A stretch of DNA of 43,631 bases from Candidatus Cloacimonadota bacterium. GTDB taxonomy: Bacteria > Cloacimonadota > Cloacimonadia > Cloacimonadales > WRIO01. This document shows, in pieces, positions 39,672-43,631 of this stretch (positions are counted from its first letter, which is position 1; every line of letters starts with the position of its first letter). The notes beneath the pieces are model-generated. The model was not told the DNA's origin. It ran no database searches and saw nothing but the letters and a program-made list of their open reading frames with translations. The position numbers were made by a program, and so were the translations under genes. Location of the stretch: the NCBI GenBank assembly GCA_029564175.1, contig JAKQQL010000024.1, forward strand, positions 1-43,631, written 5' to 3'.

Positions 39672-41999
39672 TTACTTTATCATCATCATTTTTCTGGTTT
39701 GAATGGTCTTTCCTGCAAACATTTTGTAGAAATAAACACCTGTTCCACAGTTATTTCCCTCAGAGTCTTTGCCATCCCAAATAATTGAATGCTTACCAGT
39801 ATGATAAAATTGATTCGTAATATGCTTAACAAGCTGACCTTTGACATTGTAGATGTCAATTTTAACTGTCTCCGGGCTTGTTAAATCAAATGAGATGGTG
39901 CTTGAAGGATTGAACGGATTCGGGTAAGCGGCGTGTAAAAAGGCTGTTAGTTTGTGTGGCGTATCAATGACCAGTTCATCATTATCTAGTATCGCTTCAT
40001 AGTTTAAATAGGGATATCCCTGATTAATGACTGGATTCATATCCCAGGGATTAGGAAATGTCCAACCGGCATCGGTAAAAGTGGAGAGGGTTTTCATTTC
40101 TGCAGTTGTTTTGCCAATTCCACCGTTTGAAGTTGTTTGACCAGAGGATTCTATATCCCAGAAAGAATTGAGAATTTCGCATTGGTTACTATTTCCTGCA
40201 AAGCCACCCCCATAGTTTTGATAAATGACTGATCCTGTACTGTAACTATTCCTGATAGTGCCTAATTGACTCCTTCCTACGAATCCTCCTATGATAGCCG
40301 ATCCATTTACTGCCCCGGAACTATAAGAGTTTGAGATGCTGTCGTTAAAAAAATAACCAGTTAAGCCCCCAACTTCCATTCTTCCATTTACATTTACAGT
40401 ACTGTAAGAATTACTGACAGTGCCAAGCTCACTAAACCCTATTAATCCGCCGATTGCGTCTTTTACTCCACTTACATTTCCTGTACTAAAGCAATTTGTG
40501 ATATGACTTTTGTTATTTAATCCTGCCAATCCTCCGACATGATCATCACCATTCACATTGATATTGATTAGTCCAAGATTTGAAATATGGGCATTATCTA
40601 CATACCCAAACATTGCGATATTATGTATATCAGGTTTATTAATGGTCAGATTTGAAATGGTATATCCATTGCCATTAAATGTCCCTGAAAAATAGGGGAT
40701 GTAAAAATCATTTTCATTTACTAAATCAAGATGATTTGTTAATTTAAAATGATATTCCGGGAACTGACCAAAAGCAAGGATAGTTTTTAAATCAGTTACA
40801 CTATTAATGAAATAGTTTGAACTATCTGAAGTCAGATAATCAGATATATTCAGACTTTTATTGGGAAACCATGCATTATATAAATCATTCGTCAATGCAC
40901 CTGTTGTAATGGTATGAGTGTTGTTGATTAAAACGTTTTCATAATTGTAGTAAGAATTTATAAGAAGATTAAATGAACCATCTCCTACCAGGCCACCGAT
41001 ATGATCAATTCCCTCTATATCACCTGTACTGAAGGAGTTCATGATTGTCCCATGAGAATTAATGCCTACTAAACCACCGGTAGCGTATTCTCCACTCACA
41101 TTCCCAGTACTGTAAGAATCACTGATCGTACCATCATAATTACTTCCTGTCAAACCACCTGTATTATTATTCCCGCTCACACTCCCTGTACTGTAACAGT
41201 TACTGATGGCTCCTTCACTATTTAATCCTACCAAACCTCCAGCAATGAGTTCACTATTAATAGTTCCTGTACTATAACTGTTGCTTACAGTACCTCCCAT
41301 ATTCGCCCCAGTTATGCCTCCTGCACAATGTCTTAATGCACTTACATTTCCTGTACTGTAGCAGGATGTGATTATGCCATTATAGTTTATCCCCACAAGA
41401 CCACCTGAATAATAAGGGCTGTTCACATTTGCCGAACTGTAACTATTATTGATGTTTCCCTGAGAATTATAGCCGACCAAACCGCCATTTGCAGTGTAAT
41501 TCCCTGACACATTGCCAGTACTGTAGCAATTGATAATTGATCCAAAATCATTAAGTCCTGCCAGACTGCCGGTATTTCTTCTTCCAGTTACATTGACACT
41601 AATCAAGCCGAGATTTTTAATCTCAGATCCGGAATTTGTTAATCCCCAAAAACCTTGATAATATGCATTTGGACGATTGATAAACAGACCAGTAATGGTT
41701 TTGTTATTCCCATTATATTTGCCAGTAAATCTTGTAGAATCGTTGCCAATCGGAGACCAGCCTGTGCTATCGTTCCAGGTATTTATAGCTGGATTTGCAT
41801 CCGCAAAATCAATATCTGCCGTTTGAATAAAGTGCTTATCCCAGGCAGATGAGTTTTGACTGATCCAATACAAGTTCTGCCAGGTAGCAATCTGATAGGG
41901 AATTGCTTCCGTTCCCTCTCCAACAGGTGTAACAGCCGTTTGTGCCAGTAAGCTGAATGCCAATAAAAACAATCCTAAAACGAACATCAATCTTTTCAT
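39672..41999 (-). CDS. GLUG-motif repeat surface protein with C-terminal FlgD-Ig sorting domain (775 aa)
   Basis: Signal peptide; many GGLVG.N..G.I.N.YSTG.V.G repeats in two blocks; W..N..INQGYPYL; AYPNPFNP...KMMMIK. Confidence 0.9.
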   Translation of the reverse strand: MKRLMFVLGLFLLAFSLLAQTAVTPVGEGTEAIPYQIATWQNLYWISQNSSAWDKHFIQTADIDFADANPAINTWNDSTGWSPIGNDSTRFTGKYNGNNKTITGLFINRPNAYYQGFWGLTNSGSEIKNLGLISVNVTGRRNTGSLAGLNDFGSIINCYSTGNVSGNYTANGGLVGYNSQGNINNSYSSANVNSPYYSGGLVGINYNGIITSCYSTGNVSALRHCAGGITGANMGGTVSNSYSTGTINSELIAGGLVGLNSEGAISNCYSTGSVSGNNNTGGLTGSNYDGTISDSYSTGNVSGEYATGGLVGINSHGTIMNSFSTGDIEGIDHIGGLVGDGSFNLLINSYYNYENVLINNTHTITTGALTNDLYNAWFPNKSLNISDYLTSDSSNYFINSVTDLKTILAFGQFPEYHFKLTNHLDLVNENDFYIPYFSGTFNGNGYTISNLTINKPDIHNIAMFGYVDNAHISNLGLININVNGDDHVGGLAGLNNKSHITNCFSTGNVSGVKDAIGGLIGFSELGTVSNSYSTVNVNGRMEVGGLTGYFFNDSISNSYSSGAVNGSAIIGGFVGRSQLGTIRNSYSTGSVIYQNYGGGFAGNSNQCEILNSFWDIESSGQTTSNGGIGKTTAEMKTLSTFTDAGWTFPNPWDMNPVINQGYPYLNYEAILDNDELVIDTPHKLTAFLHAAYPNPFNPSSTISFDLTSPETVKIDIYNVKGQLVKHITNQFYHTGKHSIIWDGKDSEGNNCGTGVYFYKMFAGKTIQTRKMMMIK

Positions 42000-42092
42000 G
42001 ATTTCTCCTTTTTTAATTTATGAAACAGTTTATTCATCATAAAGCCTGTCAAATATGGGCTTATGATGAAATCCTCTGTTATCACTTTAACC

Positions 42093-42121
42093 AGATTAGC
42101 AAATTTCAAGGGGCTTGTCAA
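42093..42121 (-). promoter_or_regulatory. Sigma70-like promoter of the GLUG gene (TTGACA-17-TAATCT, extended TG)
   Basis: Boxes on the minus strand; the leader contains a hairpin at 42033-42070. Confidence 0.5.
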
Positions 42122-42253
42122 TATAAAAAATCAATAAAATCATTTTTTTATTAGCGATAGACAGTATTTATCATGAAAAGAAAAATGTGTTTATAATCTA
42201 TTCTCTTTTTTTTAGTAATTTGCAAGGAGAATTTTTATTTTTTTAGTTGAACT

Positions 42254-42699
42254 GTAACTAATCAAGTACTTGTTTAAACAATAAATGTGTGTCTGCAAAA
42301 TGCCATTATTTGAAAAAATGCCAAAACGGTCAGTTGGGAGGGATGTTTAATTATGAATGATGAATGATAAATTGTTAAAATTACCCTAACAGGATGGTCG
42401 TACTTAAATACTATTTTAGTGTATTTAGTGCCTTTTCGTAGTAATAAAATTCGGCCGTACATCCGAAAAAACCGTACTACAAGCATCTTGCTTGTAGCCT
42501 TTTCTGCAAGCTGGAAGCTTGCAGTACGGCTGTAGAACAACCAACCTGGTTGTTTAGCTTCAAGCAGGAAGCTTGCAGTACGATTGCGGATTTACGGCGC
42601 TTCTCTTCGCAAATCCCTACAGTTGTTTTTCAATTTATTATTTATTGCACTGCTTTTATTACTGGTTTTTAAAATAACAACCAGTATCTGAGTAGTTAC
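42254..42699 (+). mobile_element. 446-bp non-autonomous MITE-like element of the same family, with REP and short-repeat cargo
   Basis: Left end GTAACTAATCAAGTACTTGTT versus right-end reverse complement GTAACTACTCAGATACTGGTT (17/21). Flanks GTTGAACT (42246-42253) and GTTGAATT (42700-42707). Core 42343-42620 is nearly identical to 39239-39468. Confidence 0.7.
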
Positions 42700-43053
42700 G
42701 TTGAATTAAATGATTAGTAAAAAACACACATATTTTTACCAAAGCAAGTGAAACTGAATTAATGACATGAGTTTTCTATCTTATATGTATAAAACAAGTG
42801 ATAAGAGAAGGAAAAGGAAAGGAAAAGAGGACAATGAAAAAAAGATTCAAAAAAATTGAAACAAATCAAGCTTAAAGTATGGGTTTTACAACTAAATAAA
42901 TAATAATTTTAAAAATCAGACAGATCTCTCAGCCTGATTTTTTTAATAAAATATATTCATTAGCCCTTTATAGTAAAAATTCTCATTTATCCTTGACAAA
43001 AAAAGAATACTATTTATTAGAAGTATGTCAGATAAGTGATTACAGGAGTGAGT

Positions 43054-43555
43054 ATGAATAACAAAATAAAACAATTAAAAGATCAATTATCAGCCAACAA
43101 AGATTTGAAGCAGAGAATCTCCTTTTGTGAGTATCAATTGTTCGGCTATAAGCCCCAGTTTATTTGAAAGTGAATTATTTGGTTACGAAGAAGGATCATT
43201 TACAGGTGTTCATCGAAAAGGGAAGGCCGGTAAATTTGAACAGGCTCAGAATGGCGTCTTATTTTTAGATGAAATCGGCGACTTGCCTTATGATATGCAA
43301 CCTAAACTGCTCAGAGTCATTCAGGAAAAAGAAGTAAGCAGAATCGGGAGCAACAGAACAATTCCGCTCAACTTGAGAATCGTCTGCGCCACCAATAAAA
43401 ATCTGGAACAGGAAGTAATGGCCGGCCGATTCAGAAGTGATCTTTACTATCGCTTAAACACAGGATATCTACATATCAAACCACTCAGACAAGATGACCT
43501 CGTAAAAAAGAAAGGCTATAACTCTTTGAAAAATAAGGCAGTTATGCAAAATTAG
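43054..43555 (+). pseudogene. Decayed sigma-54-dependent activator (bEBP AAA+ fragment)
   Basis: PFVSINC, ESELFG, GSFTG, LFLDEIGD, LLRV and FRSDLYYRL motifs are present, but no Walker A and no HTH. The SD-linked ATG at 43054 is out of frame with the AAA segment. Homology ends after KPLR. Confidence 0.75.
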
Positions 43556-43613
43556 TTCTTGACAATATTGGCCATTCATTTATATTAACTCTATATAAGA
43601 TGAGGTGATGTAA

Positions 43614-43631
43614 ATGAAAAAGATAAATGAT
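43614..43631 (+). CDS. Start of an ORF truncated by the window end (MKKIND...)
   Basis: SD GAGGTG and promoter TTGACA-16-TATATT (43559-43586) upstream. Confidence 0.45.

Noticed and set aside
3103..42540. Numerous short antisense or overlapping ORFs in the track (e.g. 3103-3429, 10219-10587, 18493-18954, 38808-39023, 42274-42540)
   Set aside because: They are shadows of confident genes or lie in repeat DNA, with no recognisable motifs.
38780..42707. Composite transposon carrying the GLUG gene
   Set aside because: The outermost flanks do not form a target duplication, each element has its own TSD, and there is no transposase.
1..43631. tRNA/rRNA genes, transposase, RAYT, integrase, reverse transcriptase or cas genes
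   Set aside because: None were recognisable in the sequence or ORF track. A covariance or HMM scan would be needed to exclude small or divergent ones.

Overview
An AT-rich bacterial chromosomal window, probably from an anaerobe of the Cloacimonadota. This is an inference from four secreted proteins with the NYPNPFNP...KMILMK C-terminal FlgD-Ig/T9SS-like sorting domain, a mutAB pair and a TPR-histidine kinase. The window opens with the leader-proximal end of a CRISPR array (37-bp repeat, transcribed leftwards, no cas genes in the window). Metabolic and housekeeping genes follow: hutI, mutY, methylmalonyl-CoA mutase A/B, blc, serA, tldD-pmbA, a GAPOR-like aldehyde:ferredoxin oxidoreductase, gmhB, lptD and a GNAT. 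There are also two orphan solute-binding proteins, a putative PD-(D/E)xK nuclease and a decayed sigma-54 activator. The most unusual signal is non-coding. The intergenic DNA is built from several families of REP-like GTAG/GTAC-footed hairpins and short 7/8/9-mer repeats. In at least two places these are packaged inside larger MITE-like elements with GTAACTACTCAG-type terminal inverted repeats and 8-bp target duplications (38788-39531, 42254-42699, plus a lone right end at 5953-6023). One of these carries a nested 132-bp MITE with its own TIRs and a 4-bp TSD. The two complete elements bracket a GLUG-repeat surface-protein gene. No transposase is encoded in the window. All calls are by eye; no searches were run.
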